Shown: piece by piece, positions 1-12,000 of the stretch
Layout of the letters: every line of letters begins with the position of its first letter
Numbering within the stretch: the stretch's first letter is position 1
Assembly: GCA_040954595.2 (NCBI GenBank)
Contig: CM082594.2
Span: 84,208-148,207, forward strand
Direction: 5' to 3'
DNA length: 64,000 nt
DNA from: Balanoglossus misakiensis
Taxonomy: Eukaryota; Animalia; Hemichordata
Notes under the pieces: model-generated
Seen by the model: only the letters and a program-made list of their open reading frames with translations
Databases searched by the model: none
What the model was told of the DNA's origin: nothing
Made by a program: the position numbers and the translations under genes

Positions 1-255
1 TGAAGTGGCTGATACACTCCGTTATTCAGACATGGGTTTAGAAGACACTGGTTGATCGCTAAGGGTGAGAGAAATGAAAAGTATCACATTAGGGTCTTAC
101 ACACTTGAGTGGGAAGTGAAATCTGTAGCAGACTGTCAGAAGATTGCACATCCGTGTGATCATGTTCATGTGTGAAGGATAATGAAGACCACTTGATCCA
201 AGCTTGGTGCTACCATCTTTATCATAATTACAGCATCTTATAATATTTACTAGTT

Positions 256-282
256 GGGGGTGGGGTGGGGTGGGGGTGGGGG
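256..282 (+). repeat. (GGGGT)n G-tract
   Basis: Five G4-5 runs; length and sequence vary among copies. Confidence 0.85.
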
Positions 283-506
283 TAGTTGATGTCATAACTT
301 TCTGATGTTTCAATTTACGGTTGGAAAAATAGCAACATCTACTCTGATGAGCATTTGAGTCAATGAAAGTATACATCATGGCTACGGTAGTGCATATAAG
401 TCTCTTGGTTAGCTGCACAATCACAGGCAACTTTATTGAGACAATATCAATGACAAAGCCCAGCGATTTCTACTTTGTGCGGCAAATCTGACACTGGTTT
501 GCTTAC

Positions 507-623
507 GTTCAGCGCACGTGGTTCCGATGAAACAGCGCGAACTCTGGCATCTGAACTCGGTGCAGGACACTTGCTGGCAGAATCCACTGTTTAGACAAGG
601 GTTGGGCTGACACGGATTCAAAT
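507..623 (-). pseudogene. EGF-like exon b (117 bp, phase 1-1)
   Basis: cag|..LNPCQPNPCLNSGFCQQVSCTEFRCQSSRCFIGTTCAE|gtaagc. One Cys replaced by Ser. Copy 3 has CAG>TAG at 33247-33249. Confidence 0.85.
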
Positions 624-1007
624 CTGTGCACAGAAGAGAAAGTGATATAAATTGTGTACAGTTAATATTTACTACATATACTTTAAACAGATTTGTGCAG
701 TCAGGGTTGAGTGGTAAAAATCTCAGTTGGTCAACAGAACATCACTGTGACAAATTTCTTCCATGTTCAACAAAAGAAACGTAATGAAATTTTGACACAG
801 GTGTAATAGTGTCTTAGTGTACCATACGGTGCAGGTTGTTGTTTGGTCAAATACACAATCCCCTTTTATGGCACACACATTCTTAATAAATTTCCCCAAA
901 ATTGTGTCGTTATTCACTGTTTGATACAGGTTGGAAGAAACCAACTGCAAGCCGATTATGTGTTATGTTATTATGTTCCTCTTCATCTGAAATTTAAAAT
1001 CACTCAC

Positions 1008-1130
1008 ATGTCTGACATAAATCGCCGGAGTAACAGCTTGTACAGGAGCATGTGAATTCAGTACATCAATTGGGCGTCAGCACACAGTTTCCACCATTCT
1101 GACACTGGATGGGTTGACACTGGTTGACAG
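1008..1130 (-). pseudogene. EGF-like exon c (123 bp)
   Basis: cag|..VNQCQPIQCQNGGNCVLTPN*CTEFTCSCTSCYSGDLCQT|gtgagt. TGA at 1066-1068 in copy 1 only; TGG (Trp) in copies 2-4. Confidence 0.85.
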
Positions 1131-1425
1131 CTGTGGGATGTGCAGTCAAGATATTGTCAAAATTACAGAATCTACAAACTACACTCCACAGTCATGTACA
1201 TGTATACATGACAACAACCAAAGGGCTGTTTTGAAAAACCAAATGCTGTGAAATCCTTTAGAGTGTGACAAGAAACCACAGTTGCAACCGAAAACAAAAA
1301 TAGTGATAACATTAAGCTAGCCCAAAGTTTGAGTTACCAGGGCTTTAATATGTGTACCGTACTTATATTATATAATACATAACAAGTGTTTTGCATTGAA
1401 TAAAATAATATTGGTTTGTACTTAC

Positions 1426-1545
1426 GCATTGTACATGTGGCACCAGTGAAGCATTCGGTACACATACAGTCAAACAGGAAACAGCCGTCTCGCGCAACGC
1501 ATGTGCCACCATTTTGACAAGGCATAGAGTATAACTGATCAATGG
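1426..1545 (-). pseudogene. EGF-like exon d (120 bp)
   Basis: cag|..IDQLYSMPCQNGGTCVARDGCFLFDCMCTECFTGATCTM|gtaagt. First Cys lost. Confidence 0.85.
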
Positions 1546-1940
1546 CTGCCAAAACAAAAATGAAAGTATCAATTACCTGCTTGTCAAAAACTTGTACATG
1601 TACTTGTGATGTTCATTTCGTTTAAATATGTGAGCAATGTCTTCATTCCTTGTTTCAAACCTGTACATTTAAAATAACATAATGATGCTATTGCTAGGAT
1701 TTTTCTGTATTAGAATCTTGAAAAATTAAAAAATGTGCCGTCAACATGATACAGAAGGCTTTCCTTTTTAACGTGCACCTCACACTCAATTTTGACCCTA
1801 CATCAGCAAATTTTGAAAGGATGAAACTTAGTAATGCTTCCACCCCATTTATTGGTGTATGGGTCAATCTATCACATTGAGAATACCAAAAATGAGGGTT
1901 TATATACCACGCTGTGTCATAAAACAGTAATTCGACACAC

Positions 1941-2063
1941 CTACGGCACAGATGGCCCCAGTCCAACACTACTGGCAGTAACAGGTGTAGTCAGTATAAG
2001 AATTTGGTGTTTGGGAACAATAGCCTCCATTTTGACACGGATTCTGATCACATGGGTTAATGA
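1941..2063 (-). pseudogene. EGF-like exon e (123 bp), in-frame stop
   Basis: tag|..INPCDQNPCQNGGYCSQTPNSYTDYTCYCQ*CWTGAICAV|gtgtgt. TAG at 1969-1971 is present in all four copies. Confidence 0.85.
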
Positions 2064-2232
2064 CTATCAGAAAAAAAATAGTTTAAAAAACATGAAATGC
2101 AGATGGCTACACCTCAACCAAAGATGATTCCTGCACCACAACAAAATCCTTTGACACAAGCATTATACTGGAACCATACCCAGAACACGCATTAAGTATA
2201 TGATGAAGGGACAATGTCTCTATTTTGGGTAA

Positions 2233-2280
2233 TACAGTAAAACCTGTCTTTATGGACACCTCTCTAATCAGAACACCTAG
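2233..2280 (+). mobile_element. Tc1/mariner (pogo/Tigger-like) MITE terminal remnant
   Basis: TA+CAGTAAAACCTGTC..GGACACCTCTCTAAT. An inverted related end lies at ~6045-6087. Confidence 0.55.
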
Positions 2281-2627
2281 TAAGATTGATTTTTCAAGCC
2301 AAATAGTAAGGATAATTAAGGACGTCTCTTTTACTTAATACTCAGATGTGTGCACCACCTTAGGAGAGATTACCTCATATGCACAATTATCTCTACAGAC
2401 ACTAGTCTTCAAGAGGCAACTCTTGTATATTTGAGTGATGAAAACATCCAGCTTCGTACACTTCCTCACAAGTTCGTGCCTATCCTAAATTGCACGGACA
2501 TACAAATGAAATTTCTGTTTTCTTTTCTCTTGTGGAAATTTTAGAAATGAGAAGTTACCACACAATTCAATTGCCATGAAGAGAAAGTGCCCAAAAGATT
2601 GTCATTTACGGTACGTCAGAAACTTAC

Positions 2628-2750
2628 ATATTTCACAACGGTTACCCTCATAGCAACCAGTACAGGCACAGGTATATGCCGTGCAGGAGTTGGCCACTGC
2701 ATTACATACAGCCCCGTTGAGACAGCTGTTTCGCTGGCATGGATCTTGGA
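2628..2750 (-). pseudogene. EGF-like exon f (123 bp), open frame, 8 Cys
   Basis: cag|..QDPCQRNSCLNGAVCNAVANSCTAYTCACTGCYEGNRCEI|gtaagt. Confidence 0.85.
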
Positions 2751-3142
2751 CTGCAATAAAAAGTGCAACCTAATGTTATCTCAGCAATATTTACTTTCAA
2801 AATCTGTTTGATAAAAACATCATCATTACCATTACTGTAAATACTGAACGGAACTTCACTTCCAAAAACAACTTGCTCATTCTGGGACGCACTTGTGGGG
2901 CTATGAAAATCTCTGTATATGTATCTTGTGTAGGGAAAATTTTCATGAACGATCAACATTTTTTTCTTCAAATAAACATGTTTTCTTTCAGTTGTACATC
3001 ATTTTTGAGGTGAACGATTCCCAAGGCCCAAGGTGTGATGCTGAAGATGAAAATATAAAGTATGACCAACAGACAATGTATTGAGACATGATTGTAAATG
3101 TTAGTTCCTGCATGACAAAATGTTTGTTTTAATGAGTTTTAC

Positions 3143-3259
3143 ACTGGCTGCAGTGTGTGCCGGTGAAACATCCTGGACAAGTACACTCATAAGTTGTACA
3201 CGACAGCCGAGTACACTGCCCATTGTTCAGGCATGGACTTGGCCTACATGGAGTTTGTT
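3143..3259 (-). pseudogene. EGF-like exon g (117 bp), open frame, 8 Cys
   Basis: cag|..QTPCRPSPCLNNGQCTRLSCTTYECTCPGCFTGTHCSQ|gtaaaa. Confidence 0.85.
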
Positions 3260-3574
3260 CTGTTTCAATGGAATGAAAATAAATAAATAGTAGTGACATA
3301 AGTTTTTAGGGTATGACCATTTCCTTAATTCCTACAGCTGTGGTTCTATCGGGTTCTCCTATAACTAAGCCTCCTTAATGTATAACTGAACAATAAGAAT
3401 TACTTATTATACTTTTGGGAGTTTAGGACTTAGTAATTGCAAAAAAGACTCAATTCCTGAAAGTGCCTATTTGGTTTGTCACATCCTAAATATACAGGTA
3501 ATTTCATAGCTGCCAGCTATGACAAATATACCGGTATGAGGGGGGAAAAACAGTTCCTCGTCTGATAAATTTAC

Positions 3575-3697
3575 CTTGGTCACAGGTGATTCCAATGATA
3601 CAGCCTTGACAGCGACAGGTAAACGCACTGCACGATCCACTGATTGGCTCACAGATACCGTTGTTCATGCACGGATTGGGAGAACATTGATCGATTC
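3575..3697 (-). pseudogene. EGF-like exon h (123 bp), open frame, 8 Cys
   Basis: cag|..IDQCSPNPCMNNGICEPISGSCSAFTCRCQGCIIGITCDQ|gtaaat. Confidence 0.85.
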
Positions 3698-4175
3698 CTG
3701 GGGGTTGCATGTAAATCAACCAACAATTGCATATTAACATCACAAGTCATTTCACTATTTTTTCATTCCAAACTTAAAAGATTGCTTGTAACTTGCTGAA
3801 CAAATATTCATATGGACAGACTATTCTAGCTTGGAACAGGCAAAATCAAGGGTGCCCTGACGCCCAACTTTTAAGAGCAGTTCATTTACTGAAACTGCCA
3901 GCACCCAATATTATCCCACATGTAATCAATATGTGGAAATCAAATACATCTGTAACAGTTTTAATTTACCATGTGGGTATTTGCATGGAGGGCCATGGTA
4001 TTTGTTACCTACTGATAAAATACCCTTCAAAACAATATCCTCATTTCTTCAGAAGTTTGGCAACAAGACCAATAAAGTTTCACATCAAAATTTACAATGT
4101 ATAAATAAGCTTAAAAGATCTACGGAATGAAGATGGCTTGTTTGTTTGCAGGGTGTCTTGAAAGTATATACTCAC

Positions 4176-5131
4176 TTGTTTGACCATGGACCCTAGAGAA
4201 AGAAGGACGCGCAACTCCATTTTTTTCTTGAAATGATGTTATTTTGCATACATTATTTCCAGATAAATCCCAATAATCCAATTTGCAAATAAACTGTGTA
4301 TAAACTAACGCAAAGTCTCGTGTTTTGTGTGAAGTTATCACAACACCTCAGAACATCTCGCAGAAGACGAGAAAACTGCAACGTGGTTGAACGCAGCGAT
4401 TATTTATGGAACACATCTGGACAAGTTAAACAGGAATTTGAATCTGAGTCTGACAGCGTCCAAAACAAGCATCTTTTGTCTAACAGTCCGGGTATTTCAC
4501 AAGGCTGTGAGCTAACCGTACCGAGGGTTGCCTGGCGGCCATAGCGCACACATGATAATCCACCCAGTTTGTTTACAAATTGTTTTCGTGAAATCTGTTT
4601 TATTGTTCACGCACTGCGAAATAAAATGCCCCTAAACCACAATTTTTATTTCAATGCTTCACGCAAACATAAAATTATTACGAAAAGTGTCAGCGTTACT
4701 AAGAAATATGAGTGCCCAGTCGGACATGCAAAAAACATGGATGATTTGTTTACAATTTTTAAATGAAGCTTGTGGCACTAGAAATGACCGTTCAACCGAC
4801 AGACGAACACCAAACCATAATAATTAGCACAGACATCGTAATACTTTTTTTCAAGTTTTCGCATCACTGGTGGGGTCGACACGTGCCGAAGTAAGGAAGT
4901 CATTGTCCGACTGTCCTGGGTGTTAATTATATACAAAAAAACATCATCATACAGATAATCCCCAAACCCTTTGATCTTTGCCGCAGTTGCTCGCCCTTCT
5001 TTCTCTAGGGTCTATGGTTTGACAGATGTCACCTGTGTAAGAGTTCACACACTGGCATGAATAGAAATTGCACGATGTTTGCTGGCAAAATCCACCATTC
5101 ATACATGGGTTGGGATCACAGGGGTTTTGCA
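4176..5131 (-). pseudogene. EGF-like exon i, split by a MITE insertion
   Basis: 5017-5131 encodes QNPCDPNPCMNGGFCQQTSCNFYSCQCVNSYTGDICQT. The last 2 nt and the donor gtgagt lie at 4170-4177, beyond the insertion. Reconstructed length 117 bp. Confidence 0.85.
4185..5016. mobile_element. Non-autonomous DNA transposon (P-element-like MITE), copy 1
   Basis: ~32-bp imperfect TIRs CATGGACCCTAGAGAAAGAAGGACGCGCAACT / CATAGACCCTAGAGAAAGAAGGGCGAGCAACT. 7-bp TSD GTTTGAC at 4178-4184 and 5017-5023. Superfamily inferred from CATRG ends and TSD length. Confidence 0.88.
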
Positions 5132-5544
5132 CTGGAAATTAAGAAAGGACGCCATTTTATTCCTTGCTACTCATTCTACAGTACAGATATGGCAAAAACC
5201 TTGCAGAATTATGGCAAGGGTGTGTGGAGTGATTGTGCCTACAACTTATATTAGGCTGGTATCAAGTTGTTCACACCTCCATAGATCACATGGCAGTGAC
5301 TGTGAGGCAAGGGCTTCCCTTCATGAAATCAAAGACCTGTGTACTGGAGGAGGGTTCCTTGCAAATGCTTGACTTGACTTCAAGCACACCTGTAGACTCA
5401 TATGTAAATTTACACTATCTGGCCTGGAGTGAGAATTTCCATAGTGGATGTGTGTTGACAAAAGGCAGTAAAATTGGCCAGTCGCGCATAATGTTTCTTG
5501 AACCAAGACAATCAAGACATTATGCGCCACGAAAGTGATTTTGA

Positions 5545-5782
5545 AGCTCAAGAAGTGCAGGTGACTGATGTTGACGTACCCCGGTGACGTACATGAAAAG
5601 TGAACAGACAGTTTTAAAATTCATCGGCTATTTGTACAAATATCTCAGCTCCTGTACATCAAGGAAACATTTCGTAGTGAAACAGTTATATATAACACAA
5701 AGTACCAGGGTTCTCTCCCACAGGCCGACTTCTCGTACTGGCCGAGACCGACTTCTCATACTGGTTGACTTCTCAGGACACC
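5545..5782. mobile_element. Right-hand remnant of the 8-bp-TSD MITE (left part deleted in copy 1)
   Basis: CTGGCCGACTTCTC-type subterminal repeats followed by ATGTATAG. The complete element is at 21918-22583. Confidence 0.7.
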
Positions 5783-5893
5783 ATGTATAGCTAGCTGTTG
5801 AACTCAAAAAATATGTAAAACTACAAGTGATGTAAACAACTTGTGGAACCATGTTCAAATCGAGACAAGAAGAAAAGGGATTTCAAGACTTAC

Positions 5894-5990
5894 CTCCTTC
5901 AGCACTTTACTGCCCTGTAGCGCACTGTGTGACACTTGTAGTTGTGCATTCATAACCAGGAGGACGTGGCCGAACCTAGCGAGTATGAAC
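5894..5990 (-). pseudogene. Cys-rich GCC2/GCC3-like exon G1 (degenerate)
   Basis: tag|GSYSLGSATS-(frameshift)-PGYECTTTSVTQCATGQ*SAEG|gtaagt. Confidence 0.7.
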
Positions 5991-6226
5991 CTATCACAGA
6001 AAAAATTCAAAGAACGATTTTTACCACCATGGTTTGGTCCAACGATCCCTTATTAGAGAGATGTCCGTAATCACAGGTTTTACTGTACAATACCTCTTCA
6101 GTGGAATCATTGTGTTTTTCAAAGTGCATCACAATATCAACTCCAATAAGCATAACAGTTTAATTTTCTGTGTATGCCATGCTATAACACAGGGAAGTCA
6201 CAAGAGTGATTTGCAGCCCAACTTAC

Positions 6227-6424
6227 CAGTAACTGTTGAACAATCCACTACGGGTGACATGGTTGGACACTTGGATCCCACTGGACGAGGCGTGCATGTG
6301 CCGTCGCCTTCCATAGCATATTCACCATTGCCACAGTCGAGCGGATCTTACATTGGATCTGAACACGATTGTCCAGCAGGGCACAGAAGACAGGATGTGC
6401 GTGCAGGCTCCTCACTTATTTCAT
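6227..6424 (-). pseudogene. GCC2/GCC3-like exon G2 (198 bp), in-frame stop
   Basis: cag|..EISEEPARTSCLLCPAGQSCSDPM*DPLDCGNGEYAMEGDGTCTP(R/C)P(V/A)GSKCPTMSPVVDCSTVT|gtaagt. TAA in all copies. Confidence 0.8.
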
Positions 6425-6603
6425 CTGATTAAAAAAAATGAGGTTTTTAGTGATGTATTTGTGATACAGTGTCATTTAAAATAACAAATTACTTGAGATG
6501 ATTCACTTCATAATTCTGAGACAAGTATACAGGCATGTAGAAAATTCTTTGGAGGACATTAAACGTCATTTCTAATCAACCATGTTCTGAATATCATAAG
6601 ACT

Positions 6604-6764
6604 CTGCGAGATCTCACATGGCTAACCGGGTCTCGCAAGATCTCGCACTGAGTTGATAATCTGTTGTAAACACATACATACATACACACACACACATACC
6701 CCCAGTCGCACTGACTTGAAAATCTGTTGTAAACACATACATGCATACACACATACCCCTCAGT
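6604..6764. repeat. Hairpin plus ~60-bp tandem duplication with CA/CATA microsatellite
   Basis: TGCGAGATCT...AGATCTCGCA inverted pair; TCGCACTGA.TTGA.AATCTGTTGTAAACACATACAT..CATACCCC occurs twice. Confidence 0.65.
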
Positions 6765-6803
6765 TTCATCACACAGCAAACTGAACAAGTACCACAATCT
6801 TAC

Positions 6804-6937
6804 CATTTGTACATCTGGTACAGTTTGTTGCACCAGCCAATGACACGTAACCCTTGGTACACTTGAATTGCGATGCACTGGGATCTATGCAGGCGTACCC
6901 TTGCTCACAAATAGTACAATGTTCAGCACCAGCTGAT
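6804..6937 (-). pseudogene. GCC2/GCC3-like exon G3 (134 bp), open frame
   Basis: cag|..SAGAEHCTICEQGYACIDPSASQFKCTKGYVSLAGATNCTRCTN|gtaaga. Confidence 0.8.
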
Positions 6938-7191
6938 CTGTAAATCAAACAGAGAATTTACACACCAAGTTAACCTTTGAATACCACTGTAAAAATTTGG
7001 TGCAAATTTTAATTATTTTCATAAATAGAGGTCTATTCAAATTTGGAAAAATTGTCATTTTTTCATTCATATATTATATCAGTAAATTTTAAATACAGAA
7101 ATAGAAAATGATCCCATCCTATTTTTCAGTTAGTAAATTACCTGACCTAATGTTTGATGTTGGAAATAAAGGTGGGTGGGTAGAAGTTTAC

Positions 7192-7322
7192 CTGTTATGC
7201 AAGAGGTACAGCGAGACATCCTTTGTCCAAGGCCGAACTGTAATAACCAGCCGAGCATAAAATCACAGTGTTACCATTTGGACATTGGTTACCAGCTGGG
7301 CAATCAGCACATGATGTTTGTG
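7192..7322 (-). pseudogene. GCC2/GCC3-like exon G4 (frameshifted)
   Basis: cag|..QTSCADCPAGNQCPNGNTVILCSAGYYS-(shift)-GLGQRMSRCTSCIT|gtaaac. Confidence 0.75.
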
Positions 7323-8302
7323 CTGAAAATAAACAGAGATTTATAGAATCTTATAGTCACAGTCATACCTTCAAAGACGTGGGATTCTCACGCGGGTTGG
7401 GGAGACAAAAATCCCTGGCAAAAGATTGAGGACAGGAAAATGCCAATCCAGAGATATTGGTAACAGAAACTGTGTACAGTCAATGCCATACGGCAGTGTG
7501 CTGTTCTAACAACAGACAAGATCGTGACGATCATAGTCTGTGTCGGAGATTTGGAAAAGAGCAAATTTGGTGAAAAGACGGGACAAAACAAAAGTCTACT
7601 TATACGATGCACATGAAAACTGGATGAAAGCGAAGCAGTCCACTATTTGAATGCATTGGATGTAAAATTGGCAGAATATTTGGACTGGACGTAATGTTTG
7701 TACGCACAGAATTACGTACATGCACATAAGATGATCGTCCGCCTTAAAGGCACGTAAGCTGCAACTGGATAAAAAAATTAAAGTTTTAAATAATCTCATA
7801 TATGCTTTTAATTATGTCTATTAAATGATATTTCATGATAATATATCAAGCTCAACACTTATTTATGACACAATGGCCAACAATTAAAGAAAAAACGAAA
7901 ATTCCTGCAATTTTAAAAAAAGTGCAATATTGCAATGAAAAATGAAAATCTGATGTCTCAGTGGTGTACATTTACTTCCATGAGCTCAAGTGGATGAGAT
8001 CATGTTTTGTTTAAGAAGTTTCCCAACCGGAAATGCAACATTTTCATTGTTTCTTGCATTTTCCCAGGGTGGCGGCCATAATCGCTTGCGGCAAAGCTTT
8101 ATTATTTATCTGGTTAAAACTTGCATATGCACTCATATTTAGGGTTTATAATGCTTGTGTATAGTTCACTGCCTTCATCTGCATGGACTAATGGTAGTGC
8201 AGTTTTAAACAAATATTATGAAAATTATCCCAAAAGTTACAGCTTACGTGCCTTTAAGTGAAAGATTACACAGTAATGCCCAAACTTTAAGTGCTGACTC
8301 AC

Positions 8303-8535
8303 CATCTATATTAGTGTAGTATCCATCTTCACACACCTCTGGCTCCGACATACCATCATATTGGCACTTATACCCGGGGCAGGACAAGGCGTACAGTCTA
8401 TACTTCCATTGTTGGCAAAATATCCCAGTCCGCATTGTGTTGGTGATGAGAGGCTGGCTGTTCCACACATGAAACCCCTGGACACAGCGTGCATGCTTCA
8501 GAACATGCTGAACTTTAACTTCCAGCTGCGCAGTC
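8303..8535 (-). pseudogene. GCC2/GCC3-like exon G5 (stop plus frameshifts)
   Basis: cag|DCAAGS*SSACSEACTLCP-/GFMCGTASLSSPTQCGLGYFANNGSIDCTPCP-/GYKCQYDGMSEPEVCEDGYYTNID|gtgagt, pieced together across frames. Confidence 0.8.
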
Positions 8536-8601
8536 CTGTAGGAGTGAAGACGTCAAATATTAAGGAGGTTTAGGAGCCCTCTAGCCAGCAAACTTCATCA
8601 A

Positions 8602-9018
8602 GGATGTACGTGCAGAACATAAACCGGAAACACTGCGTGTCCGGTCTTTTTCCCATAGGATTACATTGATAATCGCCAGAAAACAAACTTCTACTATTGT
8701 CATTTTCTCGAAATTTTACACATAGCTCAGTCCAGCAAATATAAATTCATTGGTCAAATAAAATATAGGGGTCACCGCGCTCTTTTTTGAGATAAATTGC
8801 ATTAAGAATTTTGGCCATAGACAAACAAACCATTGGTGAAAAATGCTGAGTCAGCAGATTTCTTCTATTATCGACCAATTTCATGGCTCTGTATTTCAAA
8901 AACAAGCGCGGTGACCCCTATATTTTATTACGGATTTTCATTATACATACAAAAGAGAATAAAAAAATCCACAATTAAAAAAAATGACAATACTTTCCAT
9001 TTTATTGAACGTACATCC
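8602..9018. mobile_element. Kolobok-like non-autonomous transposon, copy 1
   Basis: TIR GGATGTACG...CGTACATCC flanked by TCAA/TTAA (TTAA-type TSD with one mismatch). Internal inverted repeat AATAAAATATAGGGGTCACCGCGCT (~8757) / AGCGCGGTGACCCCTATATTTTATT (~8905). Confidence 0.7.
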
Positions 9019-9502
9019 TTAATGTTACTTAGGTAGTGGAGCACCAAAACCCAAATTTTCATATCGATTGTGTATTTTGTGATAAAAGCACCAAACTTGG
9101 CTCAGATGTGTGTTAATGTGTACTGAACAAATTCAGATAGCGAGTCACTAAATATCTGTTGAAGAGTTTCCATGGCAACCAATTTTTTTTCAAAATGGCC
9201 GCAAATACAGATAATCACACCTGTTAAACATCAAAATAAATTCAGATTACAATATTTGAAACAAGAAACTACGGAAAGAATGGTTTGCAATAGAACTATG
9301 GTTATTAAACTACAAATGTACTTATAAGGGTAACTAAGGGATCAAAATACAGGTGCAACTTTCAATCCCTGGTACTCGCATTAGTATAGGTGCTCCCCCT
9401 AGTCAAACATTACGGCTAGTTGCGATATTTAACTTGAAGTACGTAAATTACACACACACGAATCGCAACAGTTAGCGAGTCACTAAATATCTATTGAAGA
9501 GT

Positions 9503-11490
9503 GACTATGCAGTATTCAAGATCCACCCTTTCCACAATACGTGTGAACTTCTACTCTCTACATGGAATGTCCGCTCAGCTAGATGCAAATCATTAGACAT
9601 TGCAGACTACATCACAGATAAAGAAATTGATATTCTTGTACTCACTGAAACATGGTTGAAGGAATCTGGTGACGAACACGTAATGGCTGAATGTACACCA
9701 CCAGGCTATGCTGTCAAACATCTACCTGGGGTTGGCAAGATCGGTGGAGGCTTAGCTTAAATTCACAAGCTAGCACTAAAATAAACAGCTTGGAAGCCTA
9801 TTCTCTCTGTTAAATCTTTTGAGGCAGCGGAAGCAACTATTTTTCACCAGAAACTTTCCATGAAAATAATTCTTGCCTACCGTCCACCACCATCAGTTAA
9901 TAATAAATTCACCGCACCACAGTTCATGGAAGAGTTCAGTACAACACTTGAGAAGTATGTCACCTGCTCAAGTAATCTCTTCATCGTAGGAGATTTCAAT
10001 ATTCACCTAGAAGATGATAAGAATCCAGTAACACAGAAATTCAATGGAATCATCAGCGCCTGTAATCTGAAACAATGGGTCCAACAACCAACACACAGAA
10101 AGGGTCATACTCTTGATCTCATCTTATCTAACTCTGCGTCTAACATCAAGAGTGTCTCTGTAGACTGCTTGGAACTCTCTGATCACAATCCTGTCAATGC
10201 AAAACTTGCTCTTCCGAAACCAACACACAGTAGACGTCAAATATCTTATCGTCATATCTGCCATTTCAATTGATAGTTTCAGCCATGATCTCGACAAAAT
10301 ACATCAAATGTCCTAGCCTCCAAATGACCTCTCCTCAGCCATATCAGCTTATAACCAACCCGTCAGTCTCCATCTAAAACACGTGTACTTGATCTCATCC
10401 CTACAGCACTTGATAAGCAATGTCTTGGTAATCTGCTCACTATCATAGCCACAATTATCAATTTGTCACTCAAAACTGGAACTGTTCCTGAATAACTTAA
10501 AATAGCAGTCATCACACCAATATACTCAAGAAACCTTCGCTCGACAAAAACATTTTCAAGAACTATAGACCAGTTTCAAACCTAACCTTCCTGTCAAAAG
10601 TAATCGGGAAGATTGTAGCACAACAACTGACATCATATTTGACTACCAACTCACTACAAGAACCACTGCAGTCAGCGTACCGAAAGGATCACAGTACCGA
10701 AACAGCACTTACTAAAGTCAACAACAATATTTGTATGGCACTGGATGCCGGTAAATGTGTACTCGTGGTTCTCCTCGATCTCTCCTCTGTGTTTGATACC
10801 ATAGATCACGACACAATCATCTCAAGGTTATCAAAACTGGGCATCACCAACATCGCACTACAATGGTTCTCATCATATCTTAAGAACAGACAGCAGTTTG
10901 TATGGCACAATGTCAGAACCTCAATATCTACAATATGGAGTACCACACGGTTCAGTGCTTGGCCCACTTTTGTTCTGCAGCTATTTGTCACCACAACATC
11001 AATTTTCACCAATATGCCGATGACAACCAACTATACCAATATTTCTTCCAGTTAGACACCATAAGTACATTAGACAAGATGGAAAGGGCAGTTCACGAAA
11101 TAAAAACCTGGATGACACATAATAAACTTCAACTCAATGGTGGCAAACCCGAGGTACTCCTGATAAGGTCTCAGTTCAACCGCTCGCCTCGTCCCATAAA
11201 CCACATGAGCATTGGATCATGTTGTGTTCAAATTGTGAATTCTGCACGGAATATAGGTGTGACATTCGACGACAATTACACTTTCAATAAGCACATTAAT
11301 GCAATTTGCAAGTCAATTTTCTTCCATCTGCGTCAAATCAGCCACATTCGCCGTTACCTCACTAAGGAAGTTTGCCAGATGCTGGTTCATGCTCTAATCA
11401 CATCAAAACTGGACTACTGCAATGCAATACTCTGTGGTTTACCATCATCATGCATTCAACCGCTACAGCATGCCCTGAATTCTGCAGCCA
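9503..11490 (+). mobile_element. Defective non-LTR retrotransposon (L2/CR1 group): APE endonuclease + reverse transcriptase, copy 1
   Basis: APE motifs WNVRS, LTETWL, YRPP, GDFNIH, HTLDL, SDH. RT motifs [41 protein letters not shown], and L2-like [10 protein letters not shown]. Has stops, frameshifts, an internal deletion between EN and RT, and a 3' truncation. Confidence 0.93.
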
Positions 11491-12000
11491 CCATGGCCTC
11501 CTTCACAAAAACCTCACCAGACCCCATAATGCCTCCATCTCTTACACCACACCATATACCCACCACAAATCCTAGCCATCACCCAACCTATCATAGCCCA
11601 AACAATCCAAACCCAATCAAAATTGACCCTAGCCCCACTTATCAAGCCATCAATGCTCAACGGCAACCCAAATAACACTTAACTTAAAGATTGGCATAAA
11701 TCCAAACTCATACCACTGCCCCCCCAAATATACAACACAAAGACTCAATCACGAACCAATACCTACCATTTGTAGCAAATACACGACCAAAGATTTGATC
11801 CCATCTATCATCCATATATCATCAGAAAGTTGGGACGATGAGCAATGGGGCAGAGACTGATCATCAAAAATTTGAGACAGGGAATTCCAACAAATGAGAT
11901 CATTAAGTTAAATATGCAAAGCAAATCAGAAAAGAGAATCAGAAGATTTTCTCTGAAGGACACCTTGCAAATTCATGATTGGAAAGACACTGCAGTCACA

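Noticed and set aside
89-430. Short ORF-track entries such as the 113-aa Pro/Thr-rich ORF
   Set aside because: Chance frames in intronic or repeat DNA (the PTPT tract is the G-run); broken in copy 2.
507-5131. Naming the gene Notch, fibropellin, crumbs or SVEP1
   Set aside because: Only generic EGF similarity; no calcium-binding consensus or diagnostic domains, and atypical Cys spacing.
5340-5440. Minus-strand ..PD...TGVLEVKS resembling a YqaJ/PD-(D/E)xK nuclease motif
   Set aside because: Too short and frame-broken to support without a profile search.
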